This document shows, piece after piece, positions 50,780 through 61,874 of a DNA stretch of 64,000 nucleotides. The notes under the pieces were generated by a model. That model ran no database searches, was not told the origin of the DNA, and was given only the letters and a program-made list of their open reading frames with translations. A program made the translations under genes and the position numbers. Source of the DNA: Octopus sinensis (Eukaryota); assembly GCF_006345805.1 (NCBI RefSeq), contig NC_043009.1, forward strand, positions 12,152,001 to 12,216,000, read 5' to 3'. The stretch's first letter is position 1. Every line of letters starts with the position of its first letter.

Positions 50780-51560
50780 GCTGATAGAAGAGGGGTGTGC
50801 AAATGCCTCAAGCACCTGATCAGCCAGTTCCAGCTGTCTGAGAGGTACCAACGAGATTTCCCTGATTCGCCAGTGTGAACTGGACAAACCGTTTAGGGTG
50901 ATCTAGATCGTATATAGATAGGGTTTTCAGTAGGAAAATAGATAGTAATAGTCTAGAATGTCTACTTTTTAAAACGGTCGCCTACTCAGACCATAAGTTT
51001 TTATTCGTACGTTAGACCTAGATAAGACGCGTAGGTTAGAACCCGGGTACTAGAAGCTGAACATGTCGTTTCCGGTACGTAAGGCTTACAGGACTGGGTC
51101 AGCAATTTAGTTAAGCAGAAGTTGACGGTGGGAGTGGTCGTCAACAACAGGTGGTGGGCGGTTCTCAAAAGAGAGATAAATGTCGATAGGGTTTAGCAAA
51201 GAAATAGCGTTTGAAACAAAGAGAAAAGAGGGGGAGCAGGTAGCTAAACTAGAGGCTATTTGCAGTAGCATTGCAACCGCCGAGCTAGCAACGAGAATTG
51301 CAATTATACCAGTTCTTCAACGCGAAACATGAAGGTTGCATTGTCAGAGCTAAGGCGCGTGCTCTAAGAAACGAGGTGATCAAAGCTGTTCGATGGGCCC
51401 GCGTAGCGGAGATGCAGTGTGGTAACAAAACCAGGATTCTTTTGTTGGATATTATTGTTATTGTTTTAATTGTGTACTCGTTGTTTCTGTGTAAAATCCC
51501 CACTGTCCATGTCTACTGTATCGTCCCCTGTATGTCGGCCTTAGTAGCAATTAAATGAAC
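50780..51560 (+). pseudogene. L1/Tx1-like ORF2 fragment (endonuclease-RT linker) joined to a 3' UTR and (TAA)n
   Basis: KHEGCIVRAKARALRNEVIKAVRWARVAE resembles the L1/Tx1 linker (GxxxRSRxxxxxEGxK). The sequence then jumps to a T-rich UTR-like segment ending aattaaatgaac(taa)n. Confidence 0.6.
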
Positions 51561-51614
51561 TAATAACAACAATAATAATAATAATAATAACAACATAAAA
51601 TAGCACTTGCTCTG

Positions 51615-52220
51615 TGAAACCTTTGTCTGTAAGTATGCGGTCATGGAGAACTTCACTGACATTGAACAATAACAATGAATCTCTTAACGCTGGAGAAGTA
51701 AGAATTTCATGTGGCATTTTCCAGGGTGACTCTCTATCACCACTCCTCTTTTGTCTAGCCTTAATACCTCTCTCCAAATTGCTCGATGATGTACAATACG
51801 GTTATAAAATGTTTGATAAAAATATAAATCATCTCATTTACATGGATGATTTAAAGCTCTTTGCAAAATAAAATAACCAACAAATCCAGGGCTTACTAGC
51901 GATTGTTAAACAATTCAGTGATGACATCAGAATGCAATTTGGCCTCGATAAATGTGCAAAAGCTACCTTTATCAAAGGAAAAATGATAGAAACATCTGAC
52001 GGTAACCTTGACCAGCAGAATGTCATAAAGAAATTAGAACCCGCGGAAAGCTCAATTACCTATGGGTATTTGAAGGGGACGGGATCAAATATTCAATGAT
52101 GAAGGAAAGGATCAAAAAGAATGTTATCGCAGGGTAAGACTAATACTCAAGACAGATTTGAATGCAAGAAACCGGATCGAAGCGATCAATACTTTAACCA
52201 TACCGGTTGTGACTTACCAA
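51615..52220 (+). pseudogene. R4/Dong-type RT fragment
   Basis: GIFQGDSLSPLLFCLAL, HLIYMDDLKLFAK, FGLDKCAK; collinear with the 53232-56063 ORF. Stop at 51869-71 and later frameshifts. Confidence 0.93.
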
Positions 52221-52324
52221 TATGCACATATTGGTATATATGAAGTAAGACCATCCGGTATAACTTTTTCTTGTTTGCATGTTTCCAGAAATGACAGATG
52301 ACCCTTGATTTTAGCACGAAAGCG

Positions 52325-52719
52325 GGATCTTTGCCTTTTGACCGGCAGATTTAGAAAATAATTTTTTGTAACTAAATACTTCGTATACTGGTAGAATGTG
52401 TCATATAAAACATCTTTTACTCTTAGCGTTTTTGAGAAAAGTTTATATTTACGAAGTTATTTCGTGTTAAAGTTGTCGTATTTCAGTAATTTCAACCAAT
52501 CCATGGCGTGTATTTAGCTGAATAAAATTTCTGCCCTTGTTTGTCAACAACAACTACCCGCGGTGTATATTTTGTTTGTCACTGTTATTTATTACATCGT
52601 TCGTGCGTTTGTACTGGTTTTAGCTTTAAGGTTTTAGGGTTAGGGCTAGGGTTTTAGGGTTAGAGCTAGGGTTTTAGGGTTACGGTTAGGGTTAAGGTTT
52701 TAGGGTTAGGTAAAGATCC
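52325..52719. mobile_element. Third GGATC-terminal element (variant) with long TTAGGG-like tract
   Basis: Ends ggatcttt...aaagatcc; TSD cgaaagcg / caaaaacg (6 of 8); shares cttcgtatactggtagaatgtg with the other copies; ttagggttagggctagggttttaggg at about 52618-52710. Confidence 0.85.
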
Positions 52720-53060
52720 CAAAAACGATTAAGATTTTTCACTGATAGAAATGTCGATTTCTCAATTTCTGATTCATATTTGAATGGTACGAAATCCATT
52801 GGCCCAGGATTGGGTTCAACACTGGGGTCTAGGGAAACTAACAGGGCTGACAACTGTAAGAAGAAATAGAACGCAAGAAACTGATGTCATCCCATCAACG
52901 TGTTGACGCTGGTTGCTCTCGTTCATACTTTAAATTTAAATTTCTGTAATTTTGAATTCTTATCACTTCTTATTTTGAACTTGACAAAGGCAGACGTACT
53001 GTTGAAATATCGTTCAACTAATGAAATGTCTTACAATTGAATCGCACCCATCGTCTTGAC

Positions 53061-53080
53061 TATTATCACTATTATTATTA

Positions 53081-53124
<44 letters not shown>

Positions 53125-53135
53125 TATTATTATTC
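53061..53135. repeat. (ATT)n microsatellite abutting the LINE 3' end
   Basis: Directly visible. Confidence 0.95.
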
Positions 53136-53231
53136 AGTAGTTTTATTTTTATAGCGTGCTTTCACTTCACTACCGAGCGCAGCTCTGTGTGCCTTGGGTA
53201 TGTGCTGTGATTTGTTGTGATGCTCTGATGG

Positions 53232-56063
53232 TTATTGTATGGAAAGTGTTCTGCGTAGGATGTGTGCAGTGCCTAGTAGTGCAATTTTCTGTATGTTATA
53301 TGTGTTTGTAAGTCCTGGTGTTTTTGTTATGTATTTGTCTGAATATTTTTTTATCATGCCTAATGCACCTACTATGATAGGAATTGTTTCTGTTTTCAGG
53401 TTCCACATTCTAGTTACCTCTATTTCCAGGTCTTTGTATTTTGAGAGTTTCTCCATTTCTTTTAGAGACACGTTGTCATCTGCCGGTATTGATACATCAA
53501 TTAGAAAGCATTTTTTTTCTTCATGATCTCTGACAACTATATCTGGTCTGTTGGCCTTAATTTCTCTATCTGTGTGTATCGGCATATCCCAGAGTATGGT
53601 TGCTTTCTCGTTTTCTGTGACCTTTTCTGGTGTGTGCCTATACCATCTTTTTTCTGTTGTTATTCCATAATGTTGGCATAGCTTCCAATGTATGTAGGTT
53701 CCAACTCTGTCATGTCTGTGAATATATTCCTTCTTAGCCAGGACTGGGCAGCTAGAGATAATATGATTTATTGTTTCTTGTCCATCTCCACATATTCTGC
53801 AGTTACTTGTAATATTTCTTTTCATTACATGTTTTTGGTAATTTCTGGTGGGGAGGCTTTGGTCTTGTGCTGCAATTAAAAATCCCTCTGTTTCTGCTTT
53901 GAGTCCTGAGCTTCTCAACCATTGCTGGGATTTTTCTTTGTCTATTTCTTTTGCGTTTAGTTTAGTGCAGTATTTACCATGAAGGGGCTTTTCTTGCCAT
54001 CGTTTTATCATGGCTCGTTGCTGTTCTATTTTTAGTTTGGATTTCATTTGTTTTATAGCTTTTGTTGTTTCTTCATCATCTTCTTCTTCTTCTTCTTTGT
54101 GTTTATTAGGTGGTATGATTTCTTGTTTGTATTTGTCAGCTTCCTTAAATACTGAGAACAGTTTTTTGTTTTGCTCGTGTTTTGCTGCTATCTGGATCAG
54201 TTTTCCTTCCTTCTGAAGTAGGTATTTTTGCAGTCCTATGGTGGTTATTTTATAGTAGTTTTCCAGCTGTATAAGGCCTCTACCACCTTCTATACGTTGT
54301 ATATATAGTCTTTCTATGTCAGATTTTGGGTGATGCATCCTAGATCCTGTCAGTATTTTTCTTGTTTTCCTATCTATTTTGGACAGTTCATTTCGTGTCC
54401 AGTTAAGGATATTGTAGCTGTAACTTATAACTGGGACAGCTAAAGTGTTGATACCTATTATCTTGTTTTTAGCATTGAGCTCTGTGTTTAGTATTGATCT
54501 AACTCGTCTATAATATTCTTTTTTTATTTTCTCTTTCATTTGTGTGTGTTGTGTCTTATCTAGTTCATGGATTCCTAAGTATTTGTAAGTTTGGCTTTGG
54601 TCTAATTCTTTTATTTCATTGGTTTTATCTAGTGTGATGTTGTTACTCTTAACTAGTTTTCCTCTTTTCATGGTTACTTTGGCGCATTTTTCTAATCCAA
54701 ATTTCATATCTATTTCTTTGGTAAATCCATGAACTGTCTTTAATAGTGTTTCCAGCTGTTTGTCATTTGCAGCGTATAGTTTTAGGTCATCCATATATAA
54801 AAGGTGGCTGATCGTTTTGCCGTAACATTTATATCCGCATCCAGTTCTATTTAGCATATCAGATAGAGGTGACAGTGCCAAGCAGAAAAGGAGTGGAGAG
54901 AGCGTGTCTCCCTGGAATATTCCTCTTCTAATGGGGATGTCTTTGGTTTTCATGAGTCCCTCTTTTGTTTGGAGGTGTAGGACTGTTTGCCATTTATTCA
55001 TAGAGTGCTCTATGAATTTTATGATTGTTGGTGCTACTTTGTTAATGGCTAGTGTTTCGAGGATCCATGTGTGGGGGATGCTATCAAACGCCTTTTTGTA
55101 GTCAATCCAGGCCATACTGAGGCCTTTCTTCTTTCTGTGGCTGTCTTCAGTTACGGCTTTATTAATCATTAGTTGATCTTTACAGCCATATGAGCCCTTG
55201 CGGCATCCTTTCTGCTCTTCTGGGAACAGTTTGTTTTCGTCCAGGTGCTTGTTCAGCCTTTGCGATATCACTGCAGTAAATGCCTTGAACATAGTAGGGA
55301 GGCAGGTTATTGGTCTGTAGTTTTCTGGTTTTGTTGTTTCATTTGATTTGGGAATTAAGATGGTTTTCCCCTTCGTGAGCCATTCAGGCATTGTCTCTGG
55401 CTCTGCTAGTATGCTGTTAAAGTTTTCAGCCAGCTTTTTGTGCATTCCTGTTAGATATTTCAACCAGAAGTTGGGGATCTTGTCATGCCCAGGTGCCTTC
55501 CAGTTGCTTAGTTTTTGCAGTGCCTGGGTGACCTCTTCAGTTGTTATGGGGGTCCAAAGTTGTTCAGATGCCGAGTTTGTTATTTTCATACTCCTTTTTT
55601 TTGGCTGTTCGTTCGCCGACCATATTTCTCTCCAGAATTCTTCCAATTCTTCTGCCGTTGGTGCTGCAGTGACTTCTATTTTATTTTTGCCCAGTTCTTG
55701 GTAGAACTTTTTGGGGTCGGAGTTGAACTTTTTGTTCTGTTCAAAGAAGCGTTGGCGTTTCTCGTACCGGCGGATCCTTTGAGCTTTGGCAAGGATATCT
55801 TGCTTCAGCGTTTCTTTTATCTCCGGCAAATCTTTTTCTGTGATGTTATATTTGCGGAGCATTTTTGTTCTCTTTTTGTTGCTTAGTAGCGTTGCTTGTT
55901 TGCTGATTTCATTAAGAATCGACAGGTCTTTTCTAATTTTTTTAATTTTGTTTTGGATGTTATTTATCCACAGGGTTTGTTTGGGTGGTGGTACTCCTGT
56001 TTGGGCGTGTTTGGGTGAGTATCCAGCTTCTTTTGTGGCTGCAGTGGCTGCTGCGTATATCAA
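53232..56063 (-). CDS. Reverse transcriptase / CCHC zinc knuckle / restriction-like endonuclease polyprotein (943 open codons; true start lies upstream across frameshifts)
   Basis: KAPGHDKI, YRPITCL, EQKGCRKG, WIDYKKAFDSIPH, GIFQGDTLSPLLF, HLLYMDDLKLY, YKYLG, CRICGDGQETINHIISSC, RHD, RPDIVV...IDVSIP...KLSKYKDL. Confidence 0.95.
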   Translation of the reverse strand: MIYAAATAATKEAGYSPKHAQTGVPPPKQTLWINNIQNKIKKIRKDLSILNEISKQATLLSNKKRTKMLRKYNITEKDLPEIKETLKQDILAKAQRIRRYEKRQRFFEQNKKFNSDPKKFYQELGKNKIEVTAAPTAEELEEFWREIWSANEQPKKRSMKITNSASEQLWTPITTEEVTQALQKLSNWKAPGHDKIPNFWLKYLTGMHKKLAENFNSILAEPETMPEWLTKGKTILIPKSNETTKPENYRPITCLPTMFKAFTAVISQRLNKHLDENKLFPEEQKGCRKGSYGCKDQLMINKAVTEDSHRKKKGLSMAWIDYKKAFDSIPHTWILETLAINKVAPTIIKFIEHSMNKWQTVLHLQTKEGLMKTKDIPIRRGIFQGDTLSPLLFCLALSPLSDMLNRTGCGYKCYGKTISHLLYMDDLKLYAANDKQLETLLKTVHGFTKEIDMKFGLEKCAKVTMKRGKLVKSNNITLDKTNEIKELDQSQTYKYLGIHELDKTQHTQMKEKIKKEYYRRVRSILNTELNAKNKIIGINTLAVPVISYSYNILNWTRNELSKIDRKTRKILTGSRMHHPKSDIERLYIQRIEGGRGLIQLENYYKITTIGLQKYLLQKEGKLIQIAAKHEQNKKLFSVFKEADKYKQEIIPPNKHKEEEEEDDEETTKAIKQMKSKLKIEQQRAMIKRWQEKPLHGKYCTKLNAKEIDKEKSQQWLRSSGLKAETEGFLIAAQDQSLPTRNYQKHVMKRNITSNCRICGDGQETINHIISSCPVLAKKEYIHRHDRVGTYIHWKLCQHYGITTEKRWYRHTPEKVTENEKATILWDMPIHTDREIKANRPDIVVRDHEEKKCFLIDVSIPADDNVSLKEMEKLSKYKDLEIEVTRMWNLKTETIPIIVGALGMIKKYSDKYITKTPGLTNTYNIQKIALLGTAHILRRTLSIQ

Positions 56064-56082
56064 GTCATTTAGTTCAGTGATA

Positions 56083-56620
56083 TCACTTTTTTTTTGTTTC
56101 AGTGGCTAGTTCAGTGACGGCTAGGTTTATGTTGTTTATAATTGGTGTTGTTATTGTGTTTATTTTTATTCTTGGGAGGTATGGTCGGTGGTCCATTTTG
56201 GGCTCTGTGGTTTTCAGTTCTTTGATTATTTTATTTTTTATATTATCATAATCATTAGGCTCCCCTTCGTTGTTTACATCGTGTTTGTTGGGAATGTTGC
56301 GTTTGTCTTCGTGTTTTACAGTTTCAGTGTTTATATTATTGGGCATTGTTGTGTGGCTTCTATCTACATTTTCCTGGTGTATTTTTTCTTTTAAATGTTC
56401 TATTTCTATTTCTGATATTTTTTTGGCCTTGAGAATGTATCTTCGTACGTTAGCTAATTTATTAGGGTTCATTGCTGTATCCAAGTCTATATCTCTTATT
56501 TTCCTTCCATATTTTATATGTATGTGTTGTTGTATTTTCATTTTGTGGGTAGAGCATTGCTGTGAAGTATGCGTGTAAGATAGAAATGTATTCCTCACGT
56601 GTCCATTTACGTCTTTTGGG
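56083..56620 (-). pseudogene. Frameshifted N-terminal part of the same ORF
   Basis: KPKRRKWTREEYISILHAYF...TYKIWKE, a shift near 56495, then NPNKLANVRRYILK. A second shift at the A9 run at 56087-56095 separates it from SDITELNDLIYAAA. Confidence 0.8.
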
Positions 56621-57091
56621 TTTTAATTGCGGGACATGAGGTACAACGTCCGGCCCATTATTTTGACGGTCGTCATTTTCGTAGGGTACCGGTCTGTTAT
56701 TTCTGTTGTCACATTATTTCGCATGTGTAGTTTTTCGTACATTTTTTGTTGTAGGTTTAATGTACGTACCGCTCGATTGTTATTCTTGGGTTGAATAGTA
56801 TCGGTGGCATTTAATTTCTTCGTAGTTCCTTTGTACATGGTGTTTGAGGTCGGGGATGATCGTGTTGTTCCACGCATGTTTACATGTGTGTGTTAGAGGT
56901 GGAGATAATATCGAGTCAAAATACATCATTTCGTTTCGAAAATAGTAATAAATTTCAATTCGTATTACTTACTCGGATATAGTCCAATTCTTTGTTAGTA
57001 AATCTTTGGCTCCATAGGGTGTCCTTGTTTTCGATGTTTGTGGATAGATTTCGGAGCTCTGTATTTTCCTTCTTACATCTTAAACGTCCCC

Positions 57092-57149
<58 letters not shown>

Positions 57150-58597
57150 TAATGATTGACGTTTTGATATTTGAGTGCATAATAAAAGTCTCATGCAAGT
57201 TATCAAAAATAAAGCCATTGTTTAAAAACATGCTGTATGCAATATATACAAACTGTTTGGAGAGAATGCAAAACCTGTGATGTTTACTTTATGAACGGCA
57301 TCAATATAGTGTCAGTCTAAAAAAATAAAGTATTTATTTATGTAAAATAAACTCGTTTTGAAGAAAATAATAATAGACTGAACATATTTACAAGACAGCT
57401 ATCGCAATAAAATACTGGAAAAATTACAGTCCAACGGTCTGGACTTCATAACCAGATTCATTATAATATATTAGTAAATTTAGTGGAATTTCTTGAAGTA
57501 ATGAATATAAGTAATATAAGTAATAAGACAACCCAAACACCTAGTCTTTCGTGGCGTTAATATATTCAGGTGAAGAAAAACTAGATTTTAGTAACCAATA
57601 AATTTGGTTATCAAAACCCAGTCTTTCTTAACGTGAATATTTATTAACTATTCATTAAATTTATATAATAATTTAATAATCTAATAATTTATTCTTCTAT
57701 TAACAAGACACTATTTTTATGCATGAAAGAAAATGATAACGTTAATCCTAGATCAGGGATTCTGTGTGGCGAAACAATCATACAACGATTTACCCATTTA
57801 AAGTCGTCTTAATCCTTGTTTCAGTTTCATTTTAATGATTTCTAAGATTTGGTATAAAATCAGACTTCTAGACTGGAGGAGAGGTAATCAAAGTAATTAC
57901 CATCAGTACTTCACGGCTCACTTACTATATCAACTATATCGTGGTTATAGGCAAGTTCAATGTTGGTGGGATTTAAAGTCAGAACATAAACAAAATTAAC
58001 CACAGACACTTCTAAAATGTCATATGCACAGAAAGCATTCAGAATCAAAGCGATGACTTACATATTTATTCTTAATACTTTCCGGAAGATTTCATCGTAA
58101 ATATGCTAATCGCCATTGCGTTTCGTCACAGGAGAACAGCTTCACCTTTACGATGAATACGTGTCTGTAACACACGCAATTCATTAGTACAACTGAATAT
58201 TGGACATCCTGCATTTCAACGTCGTTGTGTCTCGTCAGCCAGAGACACCCGGATTAATGAATCTAACAAAATTCGAAGCTTTTGTTTATAACTTTAACTG
58301 ACAAACTGTTAGCCGATCCGTGCTGATATCTACCAAAAATCGAGAATCAAAACTATGACTCGCAGACTTGACTAGTCGTACAATGCTGTCGCTTAGAGAC
58401 ACTACAGGAAATGACTTGTACTTATTTATTTTATAATGACAAAAATGCAATGTAAAGAGTATTTGAACGGAATCGGAACTCATAACGTAAATGACGTACG
58501 CTGGAAAACATTCAATCTGATCTTCTTTTAGCGGTTCTGGACTACGAAAGAGCTTCAAAATATCATTGACTATATATATACACATGGCGGAAAGCGT

Positions 58598-58750
58598 AAT
58601 TCCGCCGAGGTCGACTTTGCCTTTCATCCTATCGGGGTCGATAAATTAAGTACCAGTTACGCACTGGAGACGATGTAATCGACTTAATCCGTTTGTCTGT
58701 CCTTGTTTGTCCCCTCTGTGTTTAGCCCCTTGTGGGTAGTAAAGAAATAG
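58598..58750 (+). mobile_element. 5'-truncated SINE-A
   Basis: Starts at aattccgccgagg; ends gtagtaaagaaata(gaaata). Confidence 0.92.
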
Positions 58751-58799
58751 AAATAGATAGGTTGAGCACAAGACCAAAGACGAGAGTTAAGGACATATT

Positions 58800-59020
58800 A
58801 AACTCATCTCAACTGTTATTGCTCAACGCAGTATGAGATTTGCTCGATACTGGCATCGTGGTGAGCAACAGGATATACTAGATGTTATATTTGGGAGAAT
58901 TCCAGATCCTAACAGAGGACAGAACTATTTGCGACATAATTGTGAAGACACACAACATAAAACTGAGGAACTACCAAAGCTAATGTGGGGACAGATTTAT
59001 GGCTCAGCGCTGTAAATGCA
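58800..59020 (+). pseudogene. RTE-clade LINE 3' tip, decayed
   Basis: MRFARYWHRGEQQDILDVIFGR...KTEELPKLM resembles the RLRFAGHCWR...LW.P...EL..LM.DR..W end also seen at 5040-5240. Confidence 0.65.
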
Positions 59021-60187
59021 CCTTGTTTCTAACCGCTCGAAGACGAAGACTGCTTCTGTCATCGCCTGACATTTATCAACAATAATGAAATTGTGTGCAT
59101 CACACGTGTCCTAAATTTAATTGCCTGATTTATTCATCCGTTTATAATTATCATTATCCATTTATTTTAACCTTGACTAAAGACATTAGTCAACATGTAA
59201 CATATATAGCCACCTATAAGCCTCTCACATATATACCATACACATTACATAAAAACACATACACATACATACAAACGCTAACAGACTACACGCAAATACG
59301 CACGAACACGCATATAAACACACATACACGGATACACATGCACACAAACACAGACACACATGCTATGTTGGATTCAGAATTGTCGTAGATTTAGCAGAAT
59401 AAATCATGTCTGTCAGCTTGGTGCGAATGTACCTGCCCCATGCAATGAAGTAATTTGCTGCTGAACAACAAACCGCTATGTTTTTTACTCCCCTACTTGC
59501 AAAAAGGTTTTTGATTTAGATATATTACGTGATAAATCTACTGAATATAAATTTCACTTGTTTTCTCTTCTCACCACTCTAAGAATCGTCATTAAAATAC
59601 ATCATCATCATCATTAGCACTGGTATCATCAACATCTGGCACCTCATGAGATCACGCGAACAATTATCCTTCACTGATAAGGGCTAATAAGGCCGAAACA
59701 TGGACAGAATGCGTCCCATTTCGGAACAATTCAGTGCATTAACAATTGGTTGAGGCAGCCTAATTTTAAGGAACCAAGTCCGAAGTTGCCACCATGTCTG
59801 CCAAAAGTGCCAATGAGGAAGATTCACGCTGTCGCTCGATCCGCTAGAAATATCAGTCAAATCTCACTTAAATATCACTCAGTTGTTTCAAATAAGAAAT
59901 GAGATTAATATCGTCGTAGATACTCCTAGAAAGAGATGGTAACCAGCAGAGAAATGCTTGTTTTGATCACAGGCCTGTTCGGTCAGGATTGCCCTGGGGC
60001 TCAACAGCAACAACAACAATAACAACAACAATAACAATAACAGCATCCATTGTCTTGCAAATCAGCGAAGGAGACTCAACGTGGTTGCACTGTCTGTTAG
60101 AAATAGCAGCCAAATCTTCAAATCACATCCTATATTAAAATGTGTGTGATTTGAATAACATAGCCATAGATATACTTATAATGTACT

Positions 60188-60274
60188 TTTTCTATTCCTG
60201 AGCGTTATACTAATACATCTGTTTGTTTTGTACACCACCTGTCTTCGTGTCTTGTTGTTTTCGTAAACTCTCCC
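60188..60274. mobile_element. 87-bp insertion flanked by 19-bp direct repeats
   Basis: gatatacttataatgtact at 60169-87 and 60275-93; the insert resembles 38530-38603. Confidence 0.85.
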
Positions 60275-61519
60275 GATATACTTATAATGTACTGAATAAA
60301 ACATGGCGTAGTTGTGACCATATGTCTGCTAAATAAGGACTGACTTATAACTAAATAACAACAGGATCGTCTTTCTTGTCAATCACAATATTATCAAAAC
60401 ATTGTCTTGGTTAACATGAAGATGAGATGATTGTATGCCCCATAAACCATGGGTTGGCATGATGTGGGTTACAGGGGCGTTCCTTGTGCACCTCGGATCT
60501 TTTGTGAAAAGGTTTCAGGTTTAATGAATTTGTGGACTATTGACCAGTTAATGGCTTTTGCATAGTCTTTTGTGCTTGTTTGTTTAATTTTTGCGTTGTC
60601 AGTGATGGAATCGTGGAGCAACGCAGAGATATTTTAATTTTTGAAGCTCGTCCGTCACCTTTCACGATGACCTAGCAACTGCCAATAAATATGCAAATAA
60701 ATAAATAAATGAATAAAAGGGATCAATGAAGACACCACAGGGCACTTCAACAGAGACTCAGCCACGCAGGGGACCAGATAATCACAACTACTCACGTCTC
60801 TACCAATATGGAACTTCACTACGAAAGTAACGGTGATTACTTGTTGCAAACGTATGATACCCCTACTGCCGACCTGATAGATCCGACGTCTGTGGCTCAA
60901 AAAAGTTTCAGTCAACAGTAAACAATAGCGATGAGAACTGACGACGCAGCACTTCAATAAAGGACGCTGTTGAGTGACTGAGGACAGAAGAAACGCGACT
61001 GCTCTTGCTTTTACTACTCTTTTTGTGCGCCTAAAACAACGGAAGTGAGGTTAATTCGTTGCTACAGAAATGCAGAGCATGACAATTAAATGATTAGTTA
61101 ACCCTTAGTTGGAAATTTGTTAATTATCTGCCACACATTCTTACGAACTAGATACGGAAGCTAGAGAAGCTAAGATTTATTTTTAAAACTTGAAAGAGCT
61201 GCGTAGACATCAGAATCACTGTCTCGCTCTCAAACAATATGAGTAACAGGATATAGTGAAGATAACTGCGTTTATATAAGAATGCAGATTGCTAGTGACA
61301 AAAGTAATTTCCAGTCCAACCGTCTAAAACACAATTCCATATGCTTATCTTGCATCTTCGTCTGTATCCCGGCATGCTGTTATGCCTCCACCTGCACAAG
61401 CTAGACCAATTGGATTTCTGTCACCAACTTCGCAGCTGCAGCTATGGAGATGACGGTTATTTATTTTCACCATGCTTGATTTGAATGAAGTGAAAACAAA
61501 CCGCAAAAATGTACACACA

Positions 61520-61874
61520 CTAGCACTGTGACCCGGCAACGCTAGGTCATAGTGCTGCGTGCGTGCGCACATACACACGCGAGTACTGTCCAAATCTCCG
61601 ACCAATCATATACAGCTAGCTGGCATTCAATTGGCGTGTCAAGTTTCGGGCATTTTGATTGGGTTTTGGATAGAAAATTCACAAAAAGTTACTTCTAATG
61701 ATTTTTAATGGTTTTTTGGGGTGACTGGGGAAATATAAAGATGTGCACAACCACCCTGAAACGGTTTTGAATGACCATAGAAAGTGCGAGCTCTCTAACT
61801 GACAAATTGTGGATTTGTATAAAGGACACACACACACACACACAGACATTTTACCGTTTATATATAGAGAGAGA
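61520..61874 (-). mobile_element. Complete 355-bp non-autonomous Helitron
   Basis: Minus strand reads A|TCTCTCTCTATATATAAAC...hairpin agcactatgacc-tagcgttgccg-ggtcacagtg CTAG|T: 5' TC, 3' CTAG, subterminal hairpin, AT target, no TSD. Confidence 0.9.

Larger units (their letters stand above)
53136..56900 (-). mobile_element. Near full-length R4/Dong-clade non-LTR retrotransposon
   Basis: Single long RT + CCHC + REL coding region, 96-bp 3' UTR, then (TAA)n. N-terminal RRKWTREEY block at about 56600. 5' boundary approximate. The Dong assignment follows from domain order and the TAA-repeat context. Confidence 0.88.

Noticed and set aside
56083-56100. A-AAA-AAG run as a programmed -1 ribosomal frameshift
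   Set aside because: Joining the two frames needs +1 (or -2), not -1, and another frameshift lies upstream; a homopolymer indel or sequencing error is simpler.
58200-58250. Minus-strand CTGACGA...GAAA as a hammerhead
   Set aside because: No stem I complement and no valid cleavage triplet.
59674-59720. Hammerhead-like CTGATAA...GGCCGAAAC
   Set aside because: The core has G8 changed to A, stem II has a mismatch, and I find no stem I partner or valid NUH cleavage triplet.
61330-61452. Plus-strand frame ...MPPPAQARPIGFLSPTSQLQLWR*
   Set aside because: There is an in-frame stop upstream with no acceptor AG in between, and no recognised homology.
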